A DNA stretch of 64,000 nt from a bacterium (GTDB lineage Bacteria > Patescibacteriota > Minisyncoccia > Moranbacterales > GWC2-37-73): NCBI GenBank assembly GCA_037140955.1, contig JBAXDL010000002.1, positions 28,176 to 92,175 on the forward strand, read 5' to 3'. The notes below the pieces were generated by a model. It had not been told where the DNA came from. It saw only the letters and a list, made by a program, of their open reading frames with translations, and searched no databases. Position 1 is the stretch's first letter. Each line of letters begins with the position of its first letter. The position numbers and the translations under genes were made by a program. This document shows, piece after piece, positions 48,611 through 58,279 of the stretch.

Positions 48611-49225
48611 TTATTCCAAGATTCCATCAAGATTAACGTCATATAGCATAGCTTCATTAATTGATCGATAGTTGATGATTTCATTTTCCTTAAACCAAAT
48701 CTTGATTTCTCTTTGAGCTTCTTCTGGCTTGTCGGAGCAATGGATCAAATTTCGCACTGCACGCTCATCGATTCCAGACAATTCATATGAATCCAAAGTG
48801 TAGTCGCCGCGAATTGTTCCAATGTCAGAAGTTAGTGGCTCAGTTCCACCAACAAGCTTGGTCACAATATCAACAGCTTGATTTCCCTCGATAACCATCG
48901 CAAGAACTGGACCAGCAGTCATGAAAGTCACCAACTGACCAATAATATCACGACCATATTCAATAGCTGGTTTGTCGATAGACATTTTGTTTTCTTCTCG
49001 ATTTTTCACGATTCTATCGCCCTTCAATTGAAACCAAGCCTCGTCTTTGTTGTAATGATCCCAACATTGCTGCGCTTCAGGAACCAAAAGCTTCATAGCT
49101 GTAATTTTCAAGCCAACTTTCTCAAAACGTGAAATAATTTCACCAATCAAAGAACGCTGAACACCATCTGGTTTAATAATAACAAAAGTTTGCTGCTTTT
49201 TTGGATGTGTCATTTTATTTATCAA
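48611..49225 (-). CDS. ndk: Nucleoside diphosphate kinase
   Basis: IIKPDGVQR, GTIRGD, NLIHCSD. Confidence 0.95.
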   Translation of the reverse strand: MINKMTHPKKQQTFVIIKPDGVQRSLIGEIISRFEKVGLKITAMKLLVPEAQQCWDHYNKDEAWFQLKGDRIVKNREENKMSIDKPAIEYGRDIIGQLVTFMTAGPVLAMVIEGNQAVDIVTKLVGGTEPLTSDIGTIRGDYTLDSYELSGIDERAVRNLIHCSDKPEEAQREIKIWFKENEIINYRSINEAMLYDVNLDGILE

Positions 49226-49271
49226 CTTAAATTAATTACTCTAAACAGCATAGCCCAATATTTAAAAACAG

Positions 49272-50150
49272 TCAAAAGGAGGTTAGCCTTTGACACATGT
49301 CCTTAGCCCTTTGACAGCGATAAACAATATCCCCAAGCTCATCAGTTCTGAAAATATTAATCTTGTGATTTTTGAGTCTTTGCAAAACTTCTTGATTTGG
49401 ATGACCATATGAATTGTTTTTTCCAACTGAAATAATGGCATCCAATGGTTTTGCTGCAGCAAGAAATTCATTTCCGCTGGCATATTTTGAACCATGATGT
49501 GCTATTTTCAAAAATTGTGCCTCGATATCAATATTTTTTGCCAACAACTCATTTTCCTGCTCAGTTGGCAAATCACCAGTAAAAAGAAATTTATTAGACC
49601 CAAAAGTAAGTTTCACCACCACACTATATTTATTAGTATCTTTATTGTTAACATCATCAACACTTTGAAATGGGTAGATAACTTCAGCCACTGCTCCACT
49701 ATCAAATCTTATTATCAAAGATTGCTTGGCTTCAATTTTATTTATTCTATTTTCAACAATAAGGCTTTCTAATTTTTTGAAAGTTTGTGAATCATTTTGC
49801 ATTTTTGTTTCTATCACAGAATCCACGTTATACGCGCCAAGCACATCAATCAATCCACCAATATGATCAGCATCCGGATGTGTCTCAATAATGGTCTCAA
49901 TTTTTCTATCCCAAAATGGAACATATTTTCCCAATTTTTCCAATAATATTTTTCCATCCTTTCCACCATCAATCAAGATTTGCTGATCGCCCTCAGAAAT
50001 CAAAATACTATCACCTTGACCAACATCTAGAAAAACAACCGTGAGTTCATTCTTTTGTGGGTATAAAATAATCACACTCAAAATTATTCCAAGCAAAAAG
50101 AATGCGAGCAAAACAAAGTATATTAATTTGCGGTTATTTTTTTGATTCAT
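49272..50150 (-). CDS. ComEC-type metallo-beta-lactamase domain protein
   Basis: FLDVGQGDS, THPDADHIGG, FTGD, HHGS, NSYGHP. Confidence 0.92.
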   Translation of the reverse strand: MNQKNNRKLIYFVLLAFFLLGIILSVIILYPQKNELTVVFLDVGQGDSILISEGDQQILIDGGKDGKILLEKLGKYVPFWDRKIETIIETHPDADHIGGLIDVLGAYNVDSVIETKMQNDSQTFKKLESLIVENRINKIEAKQSLIIRFDSGAVAEVIYPFQSVDDVNNKDTNKYSVVVKLTFGSNKFLFTGDLPTEQENELLAKNIDIEAQFLKIAHHGSKYASGNEFLAAAKPLDAIISVGKNNSYGHPNQEVLQRLKNHKINIFRTDELGDIVYRCQRAKDMCQRLTSF

Positions 50151-51605
50151 TTATTCTTTTTCTTGATTTTGATTGGCAGACTTATTTATGTGCATTATTA
50201 GCATTGCTAGTATTATATAATAAAAAACAATCCACCACACCTCTATTTTTGCAATTGAAACACTGCTCCATGAGAATGATGCCAGAAGTTGAATTGTTTT
50301 TATTTCATAAAACAACAAGCAAAATGAGAGCCAGCCAAAAACAATTGCAAGTGGCGTGAAAATAAAACCAAAAATTACCACCAAGAAAACAATCAGCATT
50401 GAAAGTGGAATAATCGGCAAGATCAAAACATTAGCCAAAAGTGAAATCAGGGAAACAATTTTGAAATTATAGACAATTATTGGAAGTACAAAAAATTGAG
50501 CACTGAGCGAAAGTGCTATTATTTCAGAAATACCAAAGACTTTATTTTTTTTGATAAAATTTTTTTCCCAAAAAGATGAAGTGGCAACAATTCCCAATGT
50601 TGCCAAAAAAGACAATTGAAAACCAACATCCCAGCGCAAAAGCAAAGGATTAAGCAATAGCATGGCAGATCCAGTAAAGATGATGGCGTTTTGTGATGAA
50701 GCCAATCTTCCATTTTTCATCGCCCAAAGCAAAACCGTGCTCATCACTCCAGCGCGCACAGCAGAGGCAGGAAGGCCTGCCATCACAACAAATAGCACAA
50801 TGCCACCAATAGCAAACCAAATCGCCTGAGGCCGCCATAGTCCCAAGAAAATTCCAAGTAAAATCAAGTATTCAGCCACGATCGTAACGTTATACCCGGA
50901 AACTGCCACAATATGAGTCATTCCCGTGATTGAAAAATCTTTTTGAATTTCTTTGGAAAGACCGGCATTTCCACCAAACAAAAGTCCAATTGCCAGTGCC
51001 CCTTCTGGCATGGGAATAACTTTGACAATTTTGTCTTCAAAACTTTTTTTGGCCGAGATTATTTTGGCATAAATCCAGCTTCCAGCATTTTTTTCAACTT
51101 TTTCAATCTTACCTTTTTCGCATTGATACAGCACACCCTCCTTGGCCATATACATCCTATAATCAAAACTAGCGTCCTTGTTTTCAATGGCGTTTAATGT
51201 GCAATTTAGCTGCAAAATGTCACCATAGGTATATTGCGGATACTGCGGTGCTTGCAACAATAAATAAATATTTTCTTCTTGCAAGCCAACAACTACATTT
51301 TGACCAAAAAATGATTGCGTAGATTTTTGAACAATAACTTTTCCGTCAAAATTCATTCCAAGATAAACAAGATTATTTGCATTATCAATTTTCTTATTAG
51401 TGACAAAATATCCAACAAAAAAGGCGAGCAAAATAAAAGCGACCAAGGTCGCTAGTTTATTTTTATAAAAAAGAAAAAACAAAACTAAAGAAAAAATCAA
51501 TAAAACAAAATAATAATTTCCACTTATTTCAAAAAATGAACGGGCAAATACTCCGCCAATAAAACTTAAAAGCAAAAATAATAATATTTTCGATTTAGTA
51601 ATCAT
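50151..51605 (-). CDS. comEC: ComEC/Rec2 competence channel domain
   Basis: GMTHIVAVSGYNV, SAVRAGVM, DVGFQLSFLAT. Confidence 0.93.
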   Translation of the reverse strand: MITKSKILLFLLLSFIGGVFARSFFEISGNYYFVLLIFSLVLFFLFYKNKLATLVAFILLAFFVGYFVTNKKIDNANNLVYLGMNFDGKVIVQKSTQSFFGQNVVVGLQEENIYLLLQAPQYPQYTYGDILQLNCTLNAIENKDASFDYRMYMAKEGVLYQCEKGKIEKVEKNAGSWIYAKIISAKKSFEDKIVKVIPMPEGALAIGLLFGGNAGLSKEIQKDFSITGMTHIVAVSGYNVTIVAEYLILLGIFLGLWRPQAIWFAIGGIVLFVVMAGLPASAVRAGVMSTVLLWAMKNGRLASSQNAIIFTGSAMLLLNPLLLRWDVGFQLSFLATLGIVATSSFWEKNFIKKNKVFGISEIIALSLSAQFFVLPIIVYNFKIVSLISLLANVLILPIIPLSMLIVFLVVIFGFIFTPLAIVFGWLSFCLLFYEIKTIQLLASFSWSSVSIAKIEVWWIVFYYIILAMLIMHINKSANQNQEKE

Positions 51606-51820
51606 CCAATATCAACCATTTTTATTTTAGTAGATTTCCCACCAACAATCTTGATCAAACTTTTGGCAACTTTGAAGTGTTTTGACAAAATATCTATCAA
51701 TGCGTCATTAGCTTGACCATCAACAGGCGGAGCAGTTAATTTTATTCTGTATTCACCTTCTGAAGTTTTCACAACTTCATTTTTTGATGATCGAGGTGAA
51801 ACTTTAATATAAATTCTCAT
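51602..51820 (-). CDS. DUF167 (YggU) family protein
   Basis: VSPRSS, APPVDGQAN, GGKSTKIK. Confidence 0.9.
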   Translation of the reverse strand: MRIYIKVSPRSSKNEVVKTSEGEYRIKLTAPPVDGQANDALIDILSKHFKVAKSLIKIVGGKSTKIKMVDIG

Positions 51821-52740
51821 TAGACTTGATTTTGTGCACTAGCATTTGCAGCATTCTTCCTATCGATATTAGTTTTAATGCGAACAAACATGTTTATTAG
51901 CATCAGCAGTATCAAGAAAATATTAGCAACCACGAAGATATTTCTCACAATAATATTTTGCATATCAGTCCCAAGAAGGTATGCGTGCGAAATTACAGCA
52001 CCATACAAAAAGATGTTCAAAAAATGCAAAGCTCTCCACAATTTTGCAGAAATATATTTTCGAACATAAGATGATGCAGTCAGAATAACCATCAAATAAA
52101 ATCCAATAATTCCAAGCGCCACCAAGGTTGATTTGTATTGCGTAGCAAATGGAACAAAAACATCAATCAAACTGAAATGAATAAATTTATCAAACATCAA
52201 AAACACACCATGAATAAGTGCAAACAAAGTCGCTTGAAAAGCAATCCAGCAATGGCCTTGCATGGCATAAAGTGGAGCAAAAAATTTACGAAGAAATCCT
52301 ACGCGAATTGTTAGGCCAAGAAAAATAGAGAGGTATAGCAAGGTAAATCCAACCAAGCCACTAGCTCTTGAAGCATACCAAGCCCAGGGGGTTTCATTTG
52401 AAGATGAGGCTTGATTTTCTCCTACTGGAGGAAGACCAGGAATTGAAGCTGAATCAAGCGGATCAGTTTCTGCCAAAACTTCACTACCATCATAATATCC
52501 ATCGCCATCAGTATCATGATTCTTAGGATCAGTCCCATATATTTGCACCTCAGCTTGATCAGTCAAACCATCCAAGTCTGAATCTAATGCTGGGCCTCCT
52601 TCATAGCTAACTTTTGATTGTGTGCCAATAGGTGCATCCTGCGCCTTGGTGTAAGCAAAAAACATCAAGCCAGAAACAGCAATAAAGCATGATGCTAGCA
52701 CGATTTTACCCTTATTGCTGATCTTATTTGTCGTGTTCAT
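51820..52740 (-). CDS. Ferric-reductase-like (MsrQ-like) membrane cytochrome with Ca-binding DxDxDG repeats
   Basis: WYASRASG, four TM histidines (GHCW, LIHG, LWRALH, SHAY); DSDLDGLTD..GTDP..DTDGDG. Confidence 0.85.
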   Translation of the reverse strand: MNTTNKISNKGKIVLASCFIAVSGLMFFAYTKAQDAPIGTQSKVSYEGGPALDSDLDGLTDQAEVQIYGTDPKNHDTDGDGYYDGSEVLAETDPLDSASIPGLPPVGENQASSSNETPWAWYASRASGLVGFTLLYLSIFLGLTIRVGFLRKFFAPLYAMQGHCWIAFQATLFALIHGVFLMFDKFIHFSLIDVFVPFATQYKSTLVALGIIGFYLMVILTASSYVRKYISAKLWRALHFLNIFLYGAVISHAYLLGTDMQNIIVRNIFVVANIFLILLMLINMFVRIKTNIDRKNAANASAQNQV

Positions 52741-52756
52741 TTTTTTAAAATTAAGA

Positions 52757-53713
52757 TTAATATAAATGTTCCTTAGCTTTAGGTGAGATCCAGGCGGCTC
52801 CTCGATAATTCAAAATCACTACTGCCAGGTCATGCTCCCTTGCGTATAGCATACCACCTTTTGCACCCATTAGAAAGATTGTTTTTGCCCAAACATCAGC
52901 CGAGGTTGTATCATCCGCAATAACAGAAACTGATTTTAAGTCAAAAGAAAAATTTTCAGGATTTTTTGGATCAACAATATGATGCACTCTTTTTCCATCA
53001 ATTTCCCAGCGTCTTCTGCCAATTCCAGAAGTTGCTATCCCCTTCTTATCAAGAGCAAAAATCATTTTTTTTTCATCAATACCTTCAACTGCAATTGTCC
53101 AGCGCCGCTGCTCCTCATCTAATCCTTGCATAAACATGTCACCACCAGAATCAACCAAAAAATTATTCCAACCTTTTGAAATCAAAAATTCAGCAACTCT
53201 ATCAGTGATATATCCTTTTGCTATTCCAGAAAAATCCATCTTAACACCAAAAAAAACTTTTCCATCTTCAATTCTCAAATCATCTACCAAGGGACCCTGC
53301 AATAGTGTTGATTTTTCATCAATATCTGACCTGAACAATCTGCTTCCATCACTAAAATCATCAAAATAACCAACCTTTTCCAAAACATCGAGTATTCTTG
53401 GATCAAAAATCCCATCAGTATCACTATTGTATTTCAGTGACATTTTAACAATTTCGAGCAAATGGCTAGATGCAAGATTAAAAACACCTAATTTCAAATT
53501 TAATTTTGACAGCTCGCTTTCTAAATCAAAACGACTAAAGATCTTAGTAAAATCATCATACACTTTTTCTACCAAAGAAAAATCTTCTCTCATCAACTTT
53601 TCTTCCTCAGCGGTGGTAACCACAACTTGAATATCAATATCAGTTCCCAACTTTCTAAATTGAAAACGTGCTATTTTGGGAAATTTTTCAGAATTTTCAG
53701 CGTTAGCTTGCAT
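52757..53713 (-). CDS. apbE: FAD:protein FMN transferase
   Basis: LGT, FSRF..SELSKLN, FDP, DFSGIAKGY, GGD, ATSG, HHIVDP. Confidence 0.93.
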   Translation of the reverse strand: MQANAENSEKFPKIARFQFRKLGTDIDIQVVVTTAEEEKLMREDFSLVEKVYDDFTKIFSRFDLESELSKLNLKLGVFNLASSHLLEIVKMSLKYNSDTDGIFDPRILDVLEKVGYFDDFSDGSRLFRSDIDEKSTLLQGPLVDDLRIEDGKVFFGVKMDFSGIAKGYITDRVAEFLISKGWNNFLVDSGGDMFMQGLDEEQRRWTIAVEGIDEKKMIFALDKKGIATSGIGRRRWEIDGKRVHHIVDPKNPENFSFDLKSVSVIADDTTSADVWAKTIFLMGAKGGMLYAREHDLAVVILNYRGAAWISPKAKEHLY

Positions 53714-54107
53714 ATTCAAAGGTGTCAACAATTCCATTTCCATTTTCATCTTTTACGATATAAATATCAGCGACATCAGGATATTGATCATCCACATCAG
53801 CAATCCCATCAAGATCGCGATCAGACAATGAGATAGTTTCTGTTTGATATTCCGTCACTATTTGCGCAGGAGTCACCACAACTGTCTGTTTGTATGTTGC
53901 TGGTTTTGGAGTGCTTGTTGTGGCCTCTTGAACTGTTGCCGCTGGAGTACTAACGGTTGCTGGCTTATAGTCATCATCCTCACCTTCACCATCGCGTTCA
54001 TATTTACCATCTTCTTTTTCAGCATGCACAAAATAAGAACCAACAAACAAGCCACCAAAAATCAAAGAGATTACTGCAAGAAATAAGAATAAATTTTTTT
54101 TGAACAT
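53703..54107 (-). CDS. Secreted protein with Thr-rich linker and Asp-rich Ca-binding tail
   Basis: Signal peptide (VHA-EK), DRDLDGIADVDDQYP, DENGNGIVD. Confidence 0.75.
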   Translation of the reverse strand: MFKKNLFLFLAVISLIFGGLFVGSYFVHAEKEDGKYERDGEGEDDDYKPATVSTPAATVQEATTSTPKPATYKQTVVVTPAQIVTEYQTETISLSDRDLDGIADVDDQYPDVADIYIVKDENGNGIVDTFEYAS

Positions 54108-54131
54108 ATTTTTATATTAATAATAAAATTC

Positions 54132-54548
54132 TTAAGATTTCTTTGTAGTGGCCTTGGCTGGAGCTGCTGCCTTTGGAGCAGTATAGGAAGCTGTTGTGCT
54201 TGATGTTGGCGCTGTTGTTGTTACCGTTTTTGTTACAGCTGGAATTGTTTTTGTCACAGGAACAGATTGTTGTTTTGAAACAGTCCCAGTATTATTTGCA
54301 ATACTGTTTAATTTTGCTTCCTTGTCAGCCTTAACTCTTTGCTGTGCATCATAGGCATAGTCAGCAGCTGATTTGTAGCTCTGAGATGTTGGAGCAATCT
54401 CAGCTTCCGCCGCAGCCGTTGTTACTTTTTCAAGCTCTTTTTCGGTACTTTTTTGCTTGATAAGCATCACTCCAGTTGCAACAACTGAAATATTCATAAT
54501 CAAAAACATTATTTTAACACCATGTTCTTTTAATTTTTCTAAAATCAT
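54132..54548 (-). CDS. Membrane-anchored Thr/Ala-rich protein ending ATTKKS
   Basis: N-terminal TM helix, low-complexity stalk. Confidence 0.75.
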   Translation of the reverse strand: MILEKLKEHGVKIMFLIMNISVVATGVMLIKQKSTEKELEKVTTAAAEAEIAPTSQSYKSAADYAYDAQQRVKADKEAKLNSIANNTGTVSKQQSVPVTKTIPAVTKTVTTTAPTSSTTASYTAPKAAAPAKATTKKS

Positions 54549-54577
54549 TTTTTTGTAAATTAAATAAATTATTAATA

Positions 54578-54799
54578 TTATGAAACTTTTGTGGTTGACG
54601 ATGTGTATGGTTGCTTGCTTTGGGTAGTCGCTGAGGTCGCCTTTGTGGGGGGTGCATTTTTATTATTAACTTCTGCGGTACTTTGAGCTGTCTTATTTTT
54701 CTGCGAAATATTTTTAATCAAAAATACACCACCAACTATAATTAAAATATTCACCAAGAAAAATAAGATTTTTTTATAATGCTTTTGAAACAATTGCAT
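54578..54799 (-). CDS. Small membrane-anchored protein ending STTKVS
   Basis: N-terminal TM helix similar to neighbour (F..NI....GV.LIK), S/T-rich stalk. Confidence 0.72.
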   Translation of the reverse strand: MQLFQKHYKKILFFLVNILIIVGGVFLIKNISQKNKTAQSTAEVNNKNAPPTKATSATTQSKQPYTSSTTKVS

Positions 54800-54901
54800 G
54801 CTTAATTATTTTTGAATAAATTACTTTATCGCCCAGGCACATTCAAATGCCGAATAATAACTACTACGCAGTAATTTATATTTTTCTTTACAGCAAGATT
54901 A

Positions 54902-56401
54902 TTATGATTTTTTAGTGGTACCCTTAGATGAACTCTTATATCCAGCCTGTTTTCTTGTTATATCAGCCGTTATTTCATATCTCATCAGTTTACTTCTGCG
55001 ACCAGTTTTCAAGTCAACAGCATACCATTTATACTTTCCGTAGTTCTTTTTTGCGATATAATAAACACTAAATGCTCCTTTTTTATCAGTCTTAACTGAG
55101 ATTGGTGGATAATAGCTCAAATTAGAACGAGAAAAATACAAATTAACCATTGAATTTTTGGAAAATCGCTTGCCTGTTTGGGTTATTTCACCACCTCTTT
55201 TAACTTTACTATAACTTTGATTTATCTGACGCTTTGGCTCTTCAACCTCATCTTCATCATCTTTTTTTTCAACAGATGCTGAAACCGGCGTTGAAATTGG
55301 AATTGCAGCTGCAGGAGCCTGAATTGAAAAGGCAGCAGAAAGTGCAGATTCATTGGCAAAATCATCATAAGCTGAAACACGATATTGATATGCGGTTGAA
55401 GGATTTATTGTTAAATCAGAATAACTAAGACTTGTCGTGGTTGCAATCTCAATATCGTTTCTATAGATCTTATATCCAGCAACTGCTACAATGTCTGATG
55501 ATGCTGCCCATGAAAGATCGGCTTGATTTGCGGAAACAACATTAACACTCAAACTTCCGGGCACTGTTGGTGCAATCAAGTCTCCGCCAGTATTTAGAAT
55601 TGAAAAAGATATAATATAATCATCAAGATTCACATTCAATGAATCATCTTGGCAACGCACATAATATGAATATGTTGACCCATTAGAAAGCCCAGTAACT
55701 GTCGTTGAATGAATAGTTCTTGCGCCAGTGTTTGCAAATTGTGTCATTGAAGCATAAGGAGTATCTACAGATGTTGAATAGGCACAAGTGGCATTTTCAT
55801 TAGTCATGAGTGAGATATTAGAACTAGTTGTGCCTGCTGAACGCGCCGAAGTTGGAGCTTTGTTCAAGCGAATTGGAGGATTTTCAACTGTTACGGAAAT
55901 TGCAGCAGACGCCTTTGCGCCATAATCGACAGTACTCGCATCACATGACAATGAATGAACACCATCAGCAACACCTGTAGTGTCCCATGTTATGCCATAT
56001 GGAAAAACAGTGTCCTGCTCGCCAAGATTAAAGCCATCTAATTTAAACTGAACCCCAGAAATTGGGACATCAATCGGAAGCGGGCTAGTTGCATCAGCAG
56101 TAACAGAAACAGACGCACCAGAAACTGTTGAGCCATCCACCGGAGCAGTAATACTACGCGATACAGTCATAGCACTAACGCTGTGCACGAAAATGTCATT
56201 TCTTTGATATTGATCTTCTTTAATTGCTAATAGTCCCTTAAGTTTAGAATCACGAAAAGAATCACCTTGCCTGACAAGTGCGAAGAATTTTTTGGAAAAT
56301 TTTACAATAGAAATAAATGAGTCAATATAAAACTGCACACAATAAACCAGAAGGATTGAAAAAGTGATGCTTATTATTTTTCTTTTTTTTATTTTTATCA
56401 T
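54902..56401 (-). CDS. Surface protein with Ig-like and FN3 domains ending GTTKKS
   Basis: GVQFKLDG, WDTTGVADGVHSL, LSWAASSD..VAGYKIYRN, YRVSAYD. Confidence 0.82.
   Translation of the reverse strand: MIKIKKRKIISITFSILLVYCVQFYIDSFISIVKFSKKFFALVRQGDSFRDSKLKGLLAIKEDQYQRNDIFVHSVSAMTVSRSITAPVDGSTVSGASVSVTADATSPLPIDVPISGVQFKLDGFNLGEQDTVFPYGITWDTTGVADGVHSLSCDASTVDYGAKASAAISVTVENPPIRLNKAPTSARSAGTTSSNISLMTNENATCAYSTSVDTPYASMTQFANTGARTIHSTTVTGLSNGSTYSYYVRCQDDSLNVNLDDYIISFSILNTGGDLIAPTVPGSLSVNVVSANQADLSWAASSDIVAVAGYKIYRNDIEIATTTSLSYSDLTINPSTAYQYRVSAYDDFANESALSAAFSIQAPAAAIPISTPVSASVEKKDDEDEVEEPKRQINQSYSKVKRGGEITQTGKRFSKNSMVNLYFSRSNLSYYPPISVKTDKKGAFSVYYIAKKNYGKYKWYAVDLKTGRRSKLMRYEITADITRKQAGYKSSSKGTTKKS
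56255..56397. repeat. 143-bp direct repeat, copy 1
   Basis: One mismatch seen against 57185-57327. Confidence 0.9.
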
Positions 56402-56431
56402 GTGAAATAAAAACTCAAATATTTTAAATAT

Positions 56432-57334
56432 TTATAAAACCATTAGGCTGCTTGGTGCACTTGGTGCTGTCACATCAGTCAAAACAGAAAAATTTATAGC
56501 GGTATAATCACTAGCATTTTGATTTCCAACCAAATCCTGGCAACGCACATAATATGGATAAGAATTTCCTCCAATAAGTCCAGTGATCGTAGCAGAATGA
56601 GCTGTGCCACCAATTGCTGCAAATGCGTTTGTCATTGAGGCATATGGAACGCCAGCAGAAGTTGAATATTTGCAAGTTGCACTTTCATTGGTTGTAAGTG
56701 TTATATTTGTTTGTGTTGTTCCTATGGCAAGGGCCGTGGATGGACCTCCAAGCAAACGAACCGGGGCTGTATTATCAACCGTTACTGAAGTTACAGGAGA
56801 TACCTGTCCAGTGCCATATCTTGTGCTGCTATTGTATGTAATAATTGTCAATGAGTGAACCCCGTCTGTAGTGGTGGTTGTATCCCAAGGAAAAATAGCC
56901 GTGGCATCATTTCCCACAAGTGTCAACATAGAATTTGCCACGGTGGCTTTTGCGCCAAGATTAGCTCCATCTAATCGGAATTGAATACCATTAACAATAG
57001 CTGGTTCAGCTGGCTGACTTATAGCTGTAGCTGTCAAATTGAATGTCCCATGAATTACAATACCAGCAGTTGGTGCTATTATGGAATCAGAAATTGTTGC
57101 AGCCGAAACAGCATGCACAAAAATATTCTCTTTTTGGTATTGATCATTTTTAAATTCTAATAATCCTTTTTTCTTAGCAACATCAAAAGAATCACCTTGC
57201 CTGACAAGTGCAAAGAATTTTTTGGAAAATTTTACAATAGAAATAAATGAGTCAATATAAAACTGCACACAATAAACCAGAAGGATTGAAAAAGTGATGC
57301 TTATTATTTTTCTTTTTTTTATTTTTAAGTGCAT
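56432..57334 (-). CDS. Paralogous Ig-like surface protein
   Basis: GIQFRLDG, WDTTTTTDGVHSL, YYVRCQD; N-terminus shared with 54902-56401. Confidence 0.8.
   Translation of the reverse strand: MHLKIKKRKIISITFSILLVYCVQFYIDSFISIVKFSKKFFALVRQGDSFDVAKKKGLLEFKNDQYQKENIFVHAVSAATISDSIIAPTAGIVIHGTFNLTATAISQPAEPAIVNGIQFRLDGANLGAKATVANSMLTLVGNDATAIFPWDTTTTTDGVHSLTIITYNSSTRYGTGQVSPVTSVTVDNTAPVRLLGGPSTALAIGTTQTNITLTTNESATCKYSTSAGVPYASMTNAFAAIGGTAHSATITGLIGGNSYPYYVRCQDLVGNQNASDYTAINFSVLTDVTAPSAPSSLMVL
57185..57327. repeat. 143-bp direct repeat, copy 2
   Basis: Encodes KIKKRKIISITFSILL...VRQGDSF. Confidence 0.9.
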
Positions 57335-57407
57335 GAAAAAAATTTACTTTTTAACCTACTTTTAAATATATTATATCACAAAATCAACAATATCACACAC
57401 GACATAT

Positions 57408-58109
57408 TTAGTTATTTTCCCTAATTCCACATATTTTAAAGTTTTTTTCTATTTTTTCCTTTATCTTGGCTAAATCTATTTTTTTGTTTAGTGACACTGT
57501 GCGCAAATTTTGATCAAGAATTACTCCGTCTCTATATTCTTGCAAATAATATGCATCAGCACCATTGATCCATTTGGCAATTTTTTTAAAATCTTCTTCA
57601 TTGTGAATCCCAGGAACAACAGTGGTGCGAAACTCGTAGGCCAAGTCACTTTCCATGATCAATTTCACACTTAACTTTATTTTTTCAATATCAACATTAA
57701 GTCCAACAGTCTTACTGTAATTTTCTGGAGAATTTTTAATATCCATGGCAATAAAATCCACCAATTTTTCATCAATAACCTTTTTCAAAACTTCTGGCCG
57801 GCTGCCATTAGAATCAAGCTTAACTTTAAAACCAAGATCTTTGATTTTTTTGATAAATGGAATAATATCACTTTGAATAGTTGGCTCTCCCCCAGTAATA
57901 CAAACTCCTTCCAATTTTCCAATACGTTTTTTCAAATGCTCAAAAAATTCTTTTTCCAATTCATTTGGATACGGAAATTGAGACTGAAGGACAAGTTCTG
58001 GATTATGACAAAAGCCACAACGAAAACTGCAACCAACAGTGAAAACCGTGGTTGCAATTGTTCCTGGAAAGTCTATTAGGGTTAGTTTTTGATAACCACC
58101 AATGCGCAT
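57408..58109 (-). CDS. nrdG: Anaerobic RNR activase (radical SAM)
   Basis: CSFRCGFCHN, ITGGEPT, LDSNGS, EFRTT; nrdD context. Confidence 0.92.
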   Translation of the reverse strand: MRIGGYQKLTLIDFPGTIATTVFTVGCSFRCGFCHNPELVLQSQFPYPNELEKEFFEHLKKRIGKLEGVCITGGEPTIQSDIIPFIKKIKDLGFKVKLDSNGSRPEVLKKVIDEKLVDFIAMDIKNSPENYSKTVGLNVDIEKIKLSVKLIMESDLAYEFRTTVVPGIHNEEDFKKIAKWINGADAYYLQEYRDGVILDQNLRTVSLNKKIDLAKIKEKIEKNFKICGIRENN

Positions 58110-58279
58110 ACGCGTAATTTTAAAACTTACATATATTCCAGCAATGTGAGGCTATTTTTGTTTTTGGCCAATAGCCGGCGACAGCGGCTTCTTGAGCTTT
58201 TGGATATTGTGCATTTATCCAAAAGCGTGCCAAAAATAAAAATAGTCGAGCAATTGCGGGCACATCATAATTTAGAAAA

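Noticed and set aside
49272-51605. Split ComEC as a pseudogene
   Set aside because: Both halves are intact, adjacent and have their own starts; separate channel and MBL genes are a known arrangement.
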